NCBI GenBank assembly: GCA_002269645.1 | Contig: NIVC01004228.1 | Location: 1 to 23,737, forward strand | Source of the DNA: Macrostomum lignano | Taxonomy: Eukaryota | DNA: 23,737 bases | Direction of reading: 5' to 3' | The notes under the pieces: generated by a model | What the model saw: the letters and a program-made list of their open reading frames with translations, nothing else | Told to the model about the DNA's origin: nothing | The model's database searches: none | Program-made: the position numbers and the translations under genes | Shown: positions 1 through 11,489 of the stretch, piece by piece | Layout: each line of letters begins with the position of its first letter | Position numbering within the stretch: position 1 is the stretch's first letter

Positions 1-75
1 GAAGATGTCGGATTCCCGAATCCTCCAACTGTTAATCGTTCCGCCCCTGTCGGATTCCCGAATCCTCATATGCTA

Positions 76-1833
76 TTACAAGTAAGCATCCACTACTGGT
101 CGGATCTTGGTGGTATTGGACGACTCCTTGACGACTGGGAAGTGTGGGAGCACGTGTACTATGGACCCTGCAGGCTTGCCTCCGTCCACGATCTCAATGA
201 CACCTTCCTTATTTCTCTTCTTGAACTCTGCGTAGTATTGCTCGCGTTGGGCCAGCGTCAGTCTGCGGTGGGTGGCTTGAGCGCGTCCAAAGGCTTGGCT
301 GAAGTTGGTGGGTAGCTGCTCTGCCTCAGGCTTGAAGGGCAGGGCGACAGAGAAGCGTCCATCTGGCTGGCGAGTGACGCTCTTGAGAAGGCGGTTGGTG
401 AGCGCGTCATCTTGAAGGTTGACTCGCCCCACATCTTTCTGTAGGCCAAGGATCTCAAGGCTGGTCATCCGGTCTACCAGCTGCTCCAAGTTCGTCGGAC
501 GGCTATTGCAGAGCAGAGTGTTTCCGATGACGCGAGGGTGGCTGTTGCCGCTGTGATGTTCGTCGTCTCCGAGGGAGCCGCTCAGTATGGCGCCGAACGG
601 GATGAGGTAGGCCGTGAGCCTGGCCGCAGCGGATGGCGCCGGTGCTGGGTCCGATCAGCAGTTGGGCGTAGTCGTTGCCGATGAGCAGGTCGAGATGTTC
701 AGTCGACTGAGTTGTCCGACGGTGAGGCGGAGAACGTCGGCGAAGTCCTCTAGGCTCTCGTACTCGATGCTGCGCAGACGCGGCATGGCGAGGAGACGAC
801 GGTAGCAGACGCTCTTCTGCTCTTGCAGGTCGCCGTAGTTGAGCTCGAGGATACGACGGGCCTCCTTGTACGCGCCGGGCTGGCAGGCGTCGAGCCACCG
901 AGCTTCTTGAGCGCAGCATCCTTGAGGAGGCCTCGTAGTGTCTCGAACTTGTCTACATCCGAGTAACTGATGTGGTCGACTCGGTAGTTGAAGGAGCTCC
1001 AGAAGGCTGGGAAGTTGCCGTCGAACGTTTGGAGCTGGACGTTGTGAAGGATACAGTCGCCGAGAAGTTGGGTCGTGGCGCCGGTTGGGTTGGGACGGAT
1101 GAGTTGGAAGGCTGGCACGCTTGGGCCTGGACCTGCAGCAGGATCTGCTGGTTCTGTTGCATCATCTGTGTCAAGCTGCAGAGGAGCTGCTGCATGCAGT
1201 CCTGAGAGACAGCGGGCGCAGCGCCGGGTGCGTAGGATGGGCTGGACCGTGGGAAGAAGCCAGGCTGGGCGGGCGCGGTTGCGGGATCCGTAGTACTGGG
1301 CCGCAGAGTGGTACAGGCAGAATGAGAGGCTGGCTGTGCTGATGTAGTCGCAGGGTTGGCGCTGTTGCGTCGCTGGCTGCCGCCGTCGTCGCTCACGTGG
1401 CCTGGGTCGCGGGCTTCTGGTGCGGAGGCGCTCTCCATTCCCTCCTCAGAGTCGGAGGCCTGGATGCCGAGCTGGAGGCTGCTACGTTTGAAGTGCGTTG
1501 GACGCTTGTCGCGAAGGTTCACATGTATGAGACCCTGGGCTATCAGCTGCTCATAGAGCGAGGGCGTTGATTAGCCGTCCGAGGAGGGACAGAGAGGGCA
1601 TTTGTAGACGGGCTGCGGGCCGGCTGAGCCAAGGCCTCGTTGAGTCGAGAGAGGAGAAGGTCGAACACCGCCTTACTGGCCGATCCCTTAGGGGAGAAGG
1701 CTGAGTCAGCGAAACGGCGACATATGACGGCATGGCACTGCTGGCAGCGCAGCTTTTCCTTGCTGTGCTGTTGAGCTAGGCATGTCTCAGAGCACATGGT
1801 GGTCGTGCTAACGAATGCGCATAGGCTGGACAT
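76..1833 (-). pseudogene. Frameshifted gag-pol of the BEL/Pao element: Cys/His-rich N-terminus, DUF1759 gag, large deletion, protease tail, RT start
   Basis: Recognisable motifs fall in different minus frames, with shifts near 1555, 1075, 895 and 620. The gag helix (YKEARRILELNYGD...) runs straight into the protease tail near 700, so the CCHC knuckles and protease active site are missing. Homology stops at VVDA (~85). No RT YxDD, RNase H or integrase is present. Confidence 0.85.
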
Positions 1834-1870
1834 GTTTGTGGATCACAGGCGGGCACGTAGGCAGGCTTGT

Positions 1871-1888
1871 AACCACGCTCTGCTACAA
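1871..1888 (-). promoter_or_regulatory. Primer-binding site complementary to the 3' end of an initiator Met-type tRNA
   Basis: Minus strand TTGTAGCAGAGCGTGGTT resembles TGGTAGCAGAG..GGTT, the complement of the metazoan tRNA-iMet acceptor end as I recall it. There is one mismatch in the TGG, and it lies directly after the LTR. Confidence 0.7.
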
Positions 1889-1890
1889 AT

Positions 1891-2173
1891 TATCAGGCTT
1901 GACAAGAAACAGATATGCTGTGGTAAGGTAGAAGGCTACACTTTAGGTCAAAGCCCGCGCTTGCTTTATTGATAATACGATTTATAGAGTACAGTGGAAG
2001 CTTGGAGATCGTCTATGGTATAAACGTAGCGAACCAGAATTGGAGTGGACTAAAGTAAATGAACATATGCCAAGTGTTTGTACTTTGCTAGAATTAAAGT
2101 AAGAATGTAAGAATGTTTACGCAAAGTAAGAATGCGTACTTGTAATAGCATATGGAGGATTGGGAATCCGACA
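1891..2173 (-). repeat. 5' LTR (~283 bp) of the BEL/Pao element
   Basis: The minus strand starts TGTCGGA and ends CCTGATA, an imperfect inverted terminus with canonical CA apparently mutated to TA. It contains TATAAA (1981-1986) and AATAAA (1965-1970) and ends 2 nt before the PBS. Confidence 0.75.
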
Positions 2174-2489
2174 CTTAGCTCGTACATATAGGACGTTGAA
2201 TTGTATTCTAAGCCCACAGTATATGCATTTCTTGTACCAACTTTGTAATAAACACGTTTCAATGAACTTTAGTAGTTTAAGAGAAGGTAGTGTTTTTATA
2301 CAATTTTTTATTCAACATGCAATTTTAGAATCTAGGGCGTACGCAAAAGCAAATTGGAAAGTTTGTACTAACGATTTATATATAAAACCATATTTCTTTC
2401 CATGAAACATTTTCAGCTTTAAGCGTTCATGTTTAATCGCTTCGGACAAAGAAACCGTGCCCGATTGAGTAGAAAACGAGTGGCGCTAC

Positions 2490-2677
2490 CTTACTCCTAA
2501 AGGTTAAAAGTAAGACGTTGTAATGGACCTGACGCCGACTCGGATCCGGAGTTGTCTGCCATGTTGCAACCAAATGCATCTGCCGAAGGCTCAGGCCCAG
2601 AGCTATCGGCGATCCCGCCGGCTGGTGTCGAACCTTTGGAGCTGAACACGATAACTTTGCTGATTATATCACAATGT
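2490..2677 (-). other. Possible internal or terminal exon of an unidentified downstream gene
   Basis: GC-richer unique island with a strong acceptor (tttttcttgggctcttcttgcag|2677; alternative aatcag|2659) and a donor AAG|GTAGCG at 2490. The span 2659-2490 is open and reads ...[35 protein letters not shown], weakly fibronectin-III-like. I recognised no family with confidence. Confidence 0.25.
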
Positions 2678-2700
2678 CTGCAAGAAGAGCCCAAGAAAAA

Positions 2701-5010
<2,310 letters not shown>

Positions 5011-5684
5011 GCCAGCTCAGTTGCTCCACCCCTCCCCGGCTGGCGGTTTGATTGGCTGCCTAGTTGGGTGGTATATTTTTGCTTATTGTCTGTCTGTTTA
5101 CCGCCCTTTTCCTTTCTATTCAATCCACGGTCCCCGTTCCGTGCCGTCACCACCGTTGGCCCGCTAGCAGCAGTGCAGTAGAGTAGATATATAGATATAA
5201 CATGTGTTTATAGTAGAGTAACGATAAACACGTGATGTTCAGTACGTGGTTTAGTTAGGGACAGGCATAGGCGGGACCTGGGTGTCTCCCAGCTAGGCAG
5301 CCCCTGCTACCCTAGACAGATTTGCATCTCCCGGGGCCACCCCGGGGTGTACAATAATATCTATTTGTGTGTCAGCTGCCAGAGAGGAGAATCTAAGCCT
5401 GTTTAAGAATATTATAAGCACTTCTAAGGCCCTGTTTGGACTGTTTAGACAAATAGAGCAATATTAAAGTAGCAGAGCACCAAAATTGCTTCTCAAATGC
5501 GCTTTTTAAAATTTGTATTATTAAAAAGCATTTAAACACGAAAGCGGCTATATTTAATAGGATTTTTGAAATGGTGCGAAAAATAAGTAAGAAACCTTGG
5601 AATTAAACAAAAATAACATAGAATAGTTTAATAGAAATGCTACTTACGAAAACTTTTGGATAAGTAGTATGTAGTATTGTACAA

Positions 5685-6057
5685 GGGTTGCTTTCACAAA
5701 CGCGAAATTTCACAACCGCTAAATCACCTTACTTTCATAACCGCGAAACTTCACAACCGCTAAAAAGGCTACCGTATATGAAAGTAAGTGCAAAAATTTT
5801 AGCGGTTGTGAAGTTTCGCGGTTATGAAGTTTCGCGGTTGTGAAAGTGACTGCAAAAAATTTAGCGGTTGTGAAGTTTTGCGTTTGTGAAATTTAGCGCT
5901 TATGGAAGTAGGTGATTTAGCGGTTGTGAAGTTTCGCGGTTGTGAAGCTTCGCGTTTATGAAAGTGACTGCAAAATTTTTAGCGGTTTTGAAGTTTCGCG
6001 GTTGTGAAAGCAAGTGCTTTTAGCGGTTGTGAAATTTCGCGTTTGTGAAACCCACCC
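5685..6057. mobile_element. MITE / foldback-like non-autonomous DNA element with 39-bp terminal inverted repeats and internal GCGGTTGTGAA repeats
   Basis: 5685-5723 (GGGTTGCTTTCACAAACGCGAAATTTCACAACCGCTAAA) matches the reverse complement of 6019-6057 at 37/39 positions. The interior is non-coding and built of ~13-bp repeats whose orientation flips near 5770. No TSD found. Confidence 0.7.
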
Positions 6058-6733
6058 CGATAGAAATTAGGCAGCCGATTTTGGCTAACACAGTTCTAAA
6101 AGACTAACCATACTACTATTAATGTGGAAATAAAACAGTTACTTGAAAGAAACAGGTGCTTTTAAAGTTAAGCCAATGTTTAAAACTGACAAGTCAACCA
6201 GATTAAGCCAGGATACCTACTCGTAATTTTAAGCACGGGATAGAAATTTAGCGTCAGAAAAATATTTGCAAAGTTATTGTGGGTAAACACCTTTATAAAG
6301 ATACTAGCTATACACTATTTAATTTTGATAGAGCAAACAAGATGTCTTAAAAAAATAAACTTGTGACGTAATATGTTGAAAAATTTAAACCATATATATT
6401 AGTTTCCTGTTGAAACGCAAATTTCCGTTTAAACTACTTTAATATTGCGCCATCACTAGTAGTAACATAGTTTAAACATAGTTTAAAAAGGCCTAAAACA
6501 AAATGAAACTGCAAATTGTGCTGTTTGACTTATTTTAGATTTTTTTGAGATTTTCAATCAACATATAAGCGCACTGAACGGTAAAGTCAAAGGTAATCAA
6601 ACGATAATTATTTTTTTAATTTTAAAAATAACTACAGCGAACAGAGCTGATGTTCCTGCAATCTACTTATTAGTAGCTAATCATGCATTTTAAAACCTTT
6701 TTGCTGATGAAGCGGTCTATAAAAATGATAATA

Positions 6734-6739
6734 TTTAAT
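6734..6739 (-). promoter_or_regulatory. Candidate polyadenylation signal (ATTAAA) of the DNA-PKcs gene
   Basis: Variant hexamer ~95 nt downstream of the stop codon. The sequence is AT-rich, so a chance match is possible. Confidence 0.3.
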
Positions 6740-6832
6740 AATGTCCTTACGAACTACTCACATGATTGCGTCATTATAAGTAGTAAACTAAGAGTTTTAA
6801 AATCGATTCTAATTATGAAATTAAAAAAATGT

Positions 6833-7215
6833 TCAGAGATCCGGCTGCCAGCCGCTGTAGGTTCGAGCCAGCAAAGCGGGATCGGTTGCCATGTCAACCA
6901 GTAGCTCGGCCTGCTGCATCGGCACCAGCCTCTCAGCTGCATCTCCATCACCAACATTGATCCGTCGCCGATCGATAACAGCCAGCATGCCGGGCGTGTA
7001 CGGCTTGCCTCTGTGCCGGTCCAACAGCAGCTCCGACTTCAACGTCTGGCAAGGATGCGCGCCAGACAGCTTCTGGCGAACCACCTGCAGCTTCTCGGAG
7101 CTGAACCAGCGCTCTGGACAGGAGAAGCTGGCGATTGAGCCGCTGCCTCCGGCTGCCGCTGATGAAGCTGAAGCTGATTTGGAGCCCGTGCGATCCCCGT
7201 TGGTGTCCCAGGCCG
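6833..7215 (-). CDS. PRKDC: DNA-PKcs last exon (kinase C-lobe end and FATC domain, stop TGA)
   Basis: Acceptor caacag|, phase 1. RWFSSEKLQVVRQKLSGAHP...QQAELLVDMATDPALLARTYSGWQPDL* aligns with human WYPRQKICYAKRKLAGANP...[22 protein letters not shown]. Confidence 0.95.
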
Positions 7216-7245
7216 CTGTTGGTTTTGAAATTGGATTTGGATAAC

Positions 7246-7750
7246 TTCTAGCATTTTTATGGGATTATGTTAGCATGGGATTATTCAAGATTTTTAGAGA
7301 TATTCTAGCATGGGATTATATAAGATTTTTAGAGATATTCTATCATGAGATTTTTAAAGATTTTTAGGGATATTCTAGCATGGGATATTTGGGATTTTTA
7401 GGGATATTCTGGCATGAGATCATTTGGGATTTTTAGGGATATTCTAGGCTTTTTCTAGCTTGGAATTATTTGGGATTTTTGGGGATATTCTAGCATGAGA
7501 TTATTCAAGATTCTTTAGGGATATTCTACCATGGGATTATTTGGGATTTTTAGGGATATTCTAGCATGGATTATTTAAGATTCTTTAGGATAATCTAGCA
7601 TGGGATTATTCAAGATTCCTTGGGATAATCTAGCATGGGATTATTCAAGATTCCTTGGGATAATCTAGCATGGGATTATTTAAGATTCCTTGGGATAATC
7701 TAGCTAGCATGGGATTAATTAACATCTTTTGACATACAACAGCATGGGAT
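7246..7750. repeat. Intronic minisatellite, ~35-42-bp unit (CTAGCATGGGATTATT...GATTTTTAGGGATATT)
   Basis: Directly visible tandem copies, most homogeneous (35-36 bp) at 7560-7715. Confidence 0.95.
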
Positions 7751-7801
7751 CAAATGGGATAATTGTTACGATTTGGGGATAAAAAAAGAAAGAATCCTCA
7801 C

Positions 7802-8477
7802 CAGCTGACTCCCTGTGCGCGGCAGTCAGCATCCCAGCCAGCTGCTTCCAGTCAGCGGACACGTCATTAATAAAAACCTGCAGCACGGACAGCACCAGCT
7901 CTCGCTCGCGCCTGAGAGCTGCCAGGCAATGACCCAGGCATCGCACAAACGCCCCCTGACTTGGCGGCAGCGGCCCCATCGCCCCGCAAATCTGTCTTGT
8001 CAGCCGGAACGGCACCAGCTCCGGGGTGGGCAGAAATGTGATCGCAGTGCCAAAGGCGTAACCGAAATCGATGCCAATCATTTTGCCGCTATCCAGGCAC
8101 AGCATATAGTTGGACATGTGCCTGTCGCCTACTGACAGTAGCCAGTGTGCGCCGCACATTGCCGCGTGACTTCTCACCAGGGTGTCACGCATAGCGTAAT
8201 AGGCCTCCCAACTGCTGGATAACTGACGCAGACCTCTGGCAAGCAGCCAGTCTGGCACACAGTCCAGCAGAGGTTGAAAATGTCGTTGAACAACTTGCTG
8301 ATCTGGCAGGGTGTACAGCTTGCAGTGGTCATTGGATACGAACTTAGAGTAGTCGATACACTGTTTGGAGTGAATTCGCTGCTCCGTTGCGGTCATCTGA
8401 TGCACCAGAAAGTCTTTGTAAGGCTGGGTGCGCTCCAGCCATTCCAGAATGCCCAGGTCGGGACTGAGGGGCACCAC
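7802..8477 (-). CDS. PRKDC: DNA-PKcs exon with the kinase hinge and catalytic and activation loops
   Basis: cag|GTG acceptor and G|GTGAGG donor (676 nt, phase 0 to 1). Encodes VVPLSPDLGILEW, SVGDRHMSNYM, IGIDFGYAFG and PELVPFRLTRQ. Confidence 0.96.
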
Positions 8478-8511
8478 CTGCGGGCATTGGTCGGTTGGGT
8501 TGGTGGGTTTT

Positions 8512-8950
8512 AATCCCATAATTAAGAATCCCTAAAAATCAATAGAAATCCCATAATTAAGAATCCCTAAAAATCAATAGAAATCCCACAATTGAGAATC
8601 CCCTAAAAATCAATAGAGAATCCCATAATCCCATAAAGAATCCCTAAAATCAATAGAAATCCCATAATTGAGAATCCCCTAAAAATCAATAGAAATCCCA
8701 TAATTGAGAATCCCCTAAAAATCAATAGAAATCCCATAATTGAGAATCCCCAAAAAATCAATAGAAATCCCATAATTGATAATCCCAAAAAATCAATAGA
8801 AATCCCATAATTGAGAATCCCCTAAAAATCAATAGAAATCCCATAATTGAGAATCCCAAAAAATCAATAGAAATCCCATAATTGATAATCACAAAAATCA
8901 ATAGAAATCCCATAATTGATAATCACAAAAATCAATAGAAATCCCATAAT
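8512..8950. repeat. Intronic minisatellite, ~36-37-bp unit (AATCCCATAATTGAGAATCCCCTAAAAATCAATAGA)
   Basis: About 12 visible tandem copies filling almost the whole intron. Confidence 0.96.
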
Positions 8951-8962
8951 CGAGCATTGCAC

Positions 8963-9241
8963 CTGATAGGTGACGAGACTCAGCCGCCGCAGCCGGCACT
9001 GAATGTCCCTCTGCAGCAGGGAGTTAAACAGTCCCAGAGCCTGCTGGATTCGCTGGTCCTGCCGAAGGTCCTCGCCGGCCTTCACCAGGTACGGCCGGTC
9101 CCGCTGGTCGTTGCCGCGGATCGTCAGCCGGTGCGGTCGACGCAGAGACGACATCACTCGGACTGTGTCGCCGAAGCCGGCAATGCGAGTGTGCAGCTCC
9201 GGCTGCGGCTTCGCCAGGGAGGCCGTCAGGTTGTCCCGGCA
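8963..9241 (-). CDS. PRKDC: DNA-PKcs exon, kinase N-lobe
   Basis: 279 nt, phase 0/0. KPQPELHTRIAGFGDTVRVMSSLRRPHRLTIRG...YLVKAGEDLRQDQRIQQ...LVTYQ includes the ATP-binding Lys. An in-frame alternative acceptor lies 51 nt further upstream. Confidence 0.94.
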
Positions 9242-9305
9242 CTGACGGGAGAGGGCGGCAGGAGTGATAGGGTGAAGACTGGCCTGCTTACCCTGCGATT
9301 CACCA

Positions 9306-9681
9306 ACTCACTCACTTGCCTAATTACTCACTCACTCACTCACTCACTCACTCACTCACTCACTCAATTTTTTACTCACTCACTCACTCACTCACTCACT
9401 CACTCACTCACTCATTCACTCACTCACTCACTCATTCACTCACTCACTCACTCACTCACTCACTCTCATTCACTCACTCACTCACTCACTTACTCACTCA
9501 CTCACTCACTCACTCATTCATTCACTCACTCACTCACTCACTCACTCACTCACTCACTCACTCACTCACTCACTCACTCACTCACTCACTCACTCACTCA
9601 CTCACTCATTCATTCACTCACTCACTCACTCAATTTTTTACTCACTCACTCACTCACTCACTCACTCACTCACTCACTCAC
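9306..9681. repeat. (ACTC)n / (GAGT)n tetranucleotide array that starts at the splice donor
   Basis: The minus strand reads CAG|GTGAGTGAGTGAGT... Confidence 0.97.
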
Positions 9682-10083
9682 CTGATACTGTCCAGGGACC
9701 TCCAGATAAGCGTCGCCGTGCTCGGCCGCGGCAAACTCGGCCAGCCAGGTGCTGAAGTCGGCCAGCCGGGCAGTGGCAACGCTGGACGAGTCGCGCTCGT
9801 CTCGAACCCGCTTCCACAGCTTGCCAACCGCGCGCTGCAGCTCCGTCTCCGACCGGATGCCGGCCAGCCGGTCAGCGGTCGGCAGGGCGGCCAGAAATTC
9901 GCGCCGATGTCGGGCGGCAAACTCCCGACGTAGCCGGCCGTGACCGCCGGCTTGCGGGCCGTCGGGATCGAAGAACAGCTGGTCGATGGCCTCGGCGTGC
10001 AGTTCGCGAAGGCGCTCAGTCTGACCGATGGAGCGCTTGGCGTTGGACAGCCAGTCCAGGGCTGTGCAGGCGGGCAGGCACAC
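9682..10083 (-). CDS. PRKDC: DNA-PKcs exon (FRB-like region leading to the kinase domain)
   Basis: 402 nt, phase 0/0. VCLPACTALDWLSNAKR...LADFSTWLAEF...YLEVPGQYQ aligns with human LSDFKVEF...LEIPGQY. Confidence 0.93.
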
Positions 10084-10149
10084 CTGCCGCAGGCGGAAGG
10101 AGCGGCGAGTTTTAATTGATGTTGTCACTTTCTCTCTTGGGGATAATAC

Positions 10150-10270
10150 TGATCGACTTATTTCTAGTCACCCTGGAGACAATAACAGAGTTTTCTAGTC
10201 ACTCTAGAGACAAAAATGACCAAATATTCTTTTCACTCTGGAGACAACAATGCCAGAATTTTCTAGTCAC
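10150..10270. repeat. Short degenerate intronic repeat (TTTCTAGTCAC...GGAGACAA, about 3 copies)
   Basis: Recurring TTCTAGTCAC and CTGGAGACAA motifs in a 191-nt intron. Confidence 0.6.
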
Positions 10271-10274
10271 TGAC

Positions 10275-10781
10275 CTCTCCCATCTGGGCGATGAACTCCT
10301 CAACCAGCGGCAGTCGTCTCAGCCGTTGCCACAGCCGTTCAGCCGCCTGCCGAGCGCCCGAGTCGCCGGTCTCGAATCGATAATTGGCCCTGGCCAATCG
10401 GAACGGATAGACCAGAGCGGCTGGATAGATATCGCACACGGACTCGAGCAGAGGCAGCACTGCCGAGCCGCCCTGGTCCGGCTTGTCCAGCAGCGACACC
10501 AGCTGCGGCAGCCAGGGCAAGGACAGCCACACCGGCACCGATGCCATCTGACGGCTGAACCGCGAGGACAAAGACTCGTCAGCGGGATTCTGGGATGCCT
10601 CATCATCAGCTGACTCGCCTAGAAGGCAGAGCAGCCTGGGGAATCTGATTGAGGCCTCTTGACTGCCGCAGCGCATTGCCGAGGTCACCGAGTCCACGGC
10701 TTGGGCGCGGAGAGCGGCTCGGAACTGCTGCGGCTGCTGGTTGGGCGCTGCTTCTAGTAGACAGGAGTCGCAGAAACGGAT
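10275..10781 (-). CDS. PRKDC: DNA-PKcs exon, FAT domain C-terminus
   Basis: 507 nt, phase 0/0. IRFCDSCL...EASIRFPRLL...VPVWLSLPWLPQLVSLLD...YPAALVYPF aligns with human LADFCD...EARLKFPRLL...YPQAIVYPF. Confidence 0.95.
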
Positions 10782-10868
10782 CTGCGAGTGGAGAAAAACA
10801 ACTATATAAAACTTTCAAAACAGAGGAGTTCGAGGATAGCAGAAGCAGAAAGGGCCCACAGTTGACTG

Positions 10869-11275
10869 CCCAAACCCTACACTAACCCTAAGCCCCACCC
10901 TAACCCAAACCCTAAACCATACCTTAACCCTAACCCAAACCCTAAGCCCACCCACCCAAACCCTAAACCTTACCTTAACCCTAACCCAAACCCTAAGCCC
11001 CACCCTAACCCAAACCCTAAGCCCCACCCACCCAAACCCTAAGCCCCACCCTAACCCAAACCCAAAACCCTACCCTAATCCGAACCCCAAACCCTACCCT
11101 AACCCAAACCCTAAACCCTACCCTACCCAAACCCTAAGCCCCACCCTAACCCAAACCCAAAACCCTACCCTAATCCTAACCCCAAACCCTACCCTAACCC
11201 AAATCCTAAACCCTACCTTAACTTATCCTAAATCCTACCTTAACCCAAACTCTACCACTAACTCTAATCTAACTA
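10869..11275. repeat. Degenerate telomere-like (CCCTAA/CCCAAA)n array in an intron
   Basis: Many CCCTAA, CCCAAA and CCCTAC units. The minus strand reads GGGTTAGGGTTTGGG... and degenerates toward 11275. Confidence 0.9.
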
Positions 11276-11489
11276 ATAAAATTCGTAATATCTATTCTAG
11301 ATTTTCTACGAAACTCAGAGAGGATAAAGAGTAGAAAAACAAATAAAACAAAATCCATTCATGTTGTAACAGGAAATACCTGCATAGATTGACAATAAAT
11401 ATTTTTAAAATCTTTTTTTGACAGCGGAAAACTTGTAACGGAGAAATAAAAACAAATAAAGAAACCCGAAAAAAATCCCGAGGCCTCAC

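Larger units (their letters stand above)
48..2173 (-). mobile_element. Degenerate, internally deleted, 3'-truncated BEL/Pao LTR retrotransposon (5' LTR, PBS, gag, end of protease, start of RT)
   Basis: LTR starting TGT at 2173, PBS at 1871-1888. Gag DUF1759-like QTFDGNFPAFWSSF...SDVDKFETLRGLL (ORF 750-1118). Protease end LDLLIGNDY (ORF 503-919). Linker IPFGAILSG...LVDRMTSLEILGL, then BEL RT N-terminus DGRFSVALPFK...HVLPHFPVVKESSNTTKIRPVVDA (ORF 76-489). This motif order is typical of BEL/Pao. Confidence 0.9.

Noticed and set aside
43-2178. Target-site duplication around the BEL remnant
   Set aside because: The flanks GCCCC (or GAAGA for the outer copy) and CTTAG do not match.
5328-5350. Octamer ATTTGCAT followed by a CCCCGGGG..CCCCGGGG hairpin (possible snRNA promoter or Helitron end)
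   Set aside because: No snRNA body and no CTRR terminus at the expected distance; too short to support a call.
9210-9245. VPGQPDG in another frame, resembling a duplicate of the IPGQYDG motif across the intron
   Set aside because: A short match in GC-rich sequence. The main frame is open and splices in phase, so chance is sufficient.
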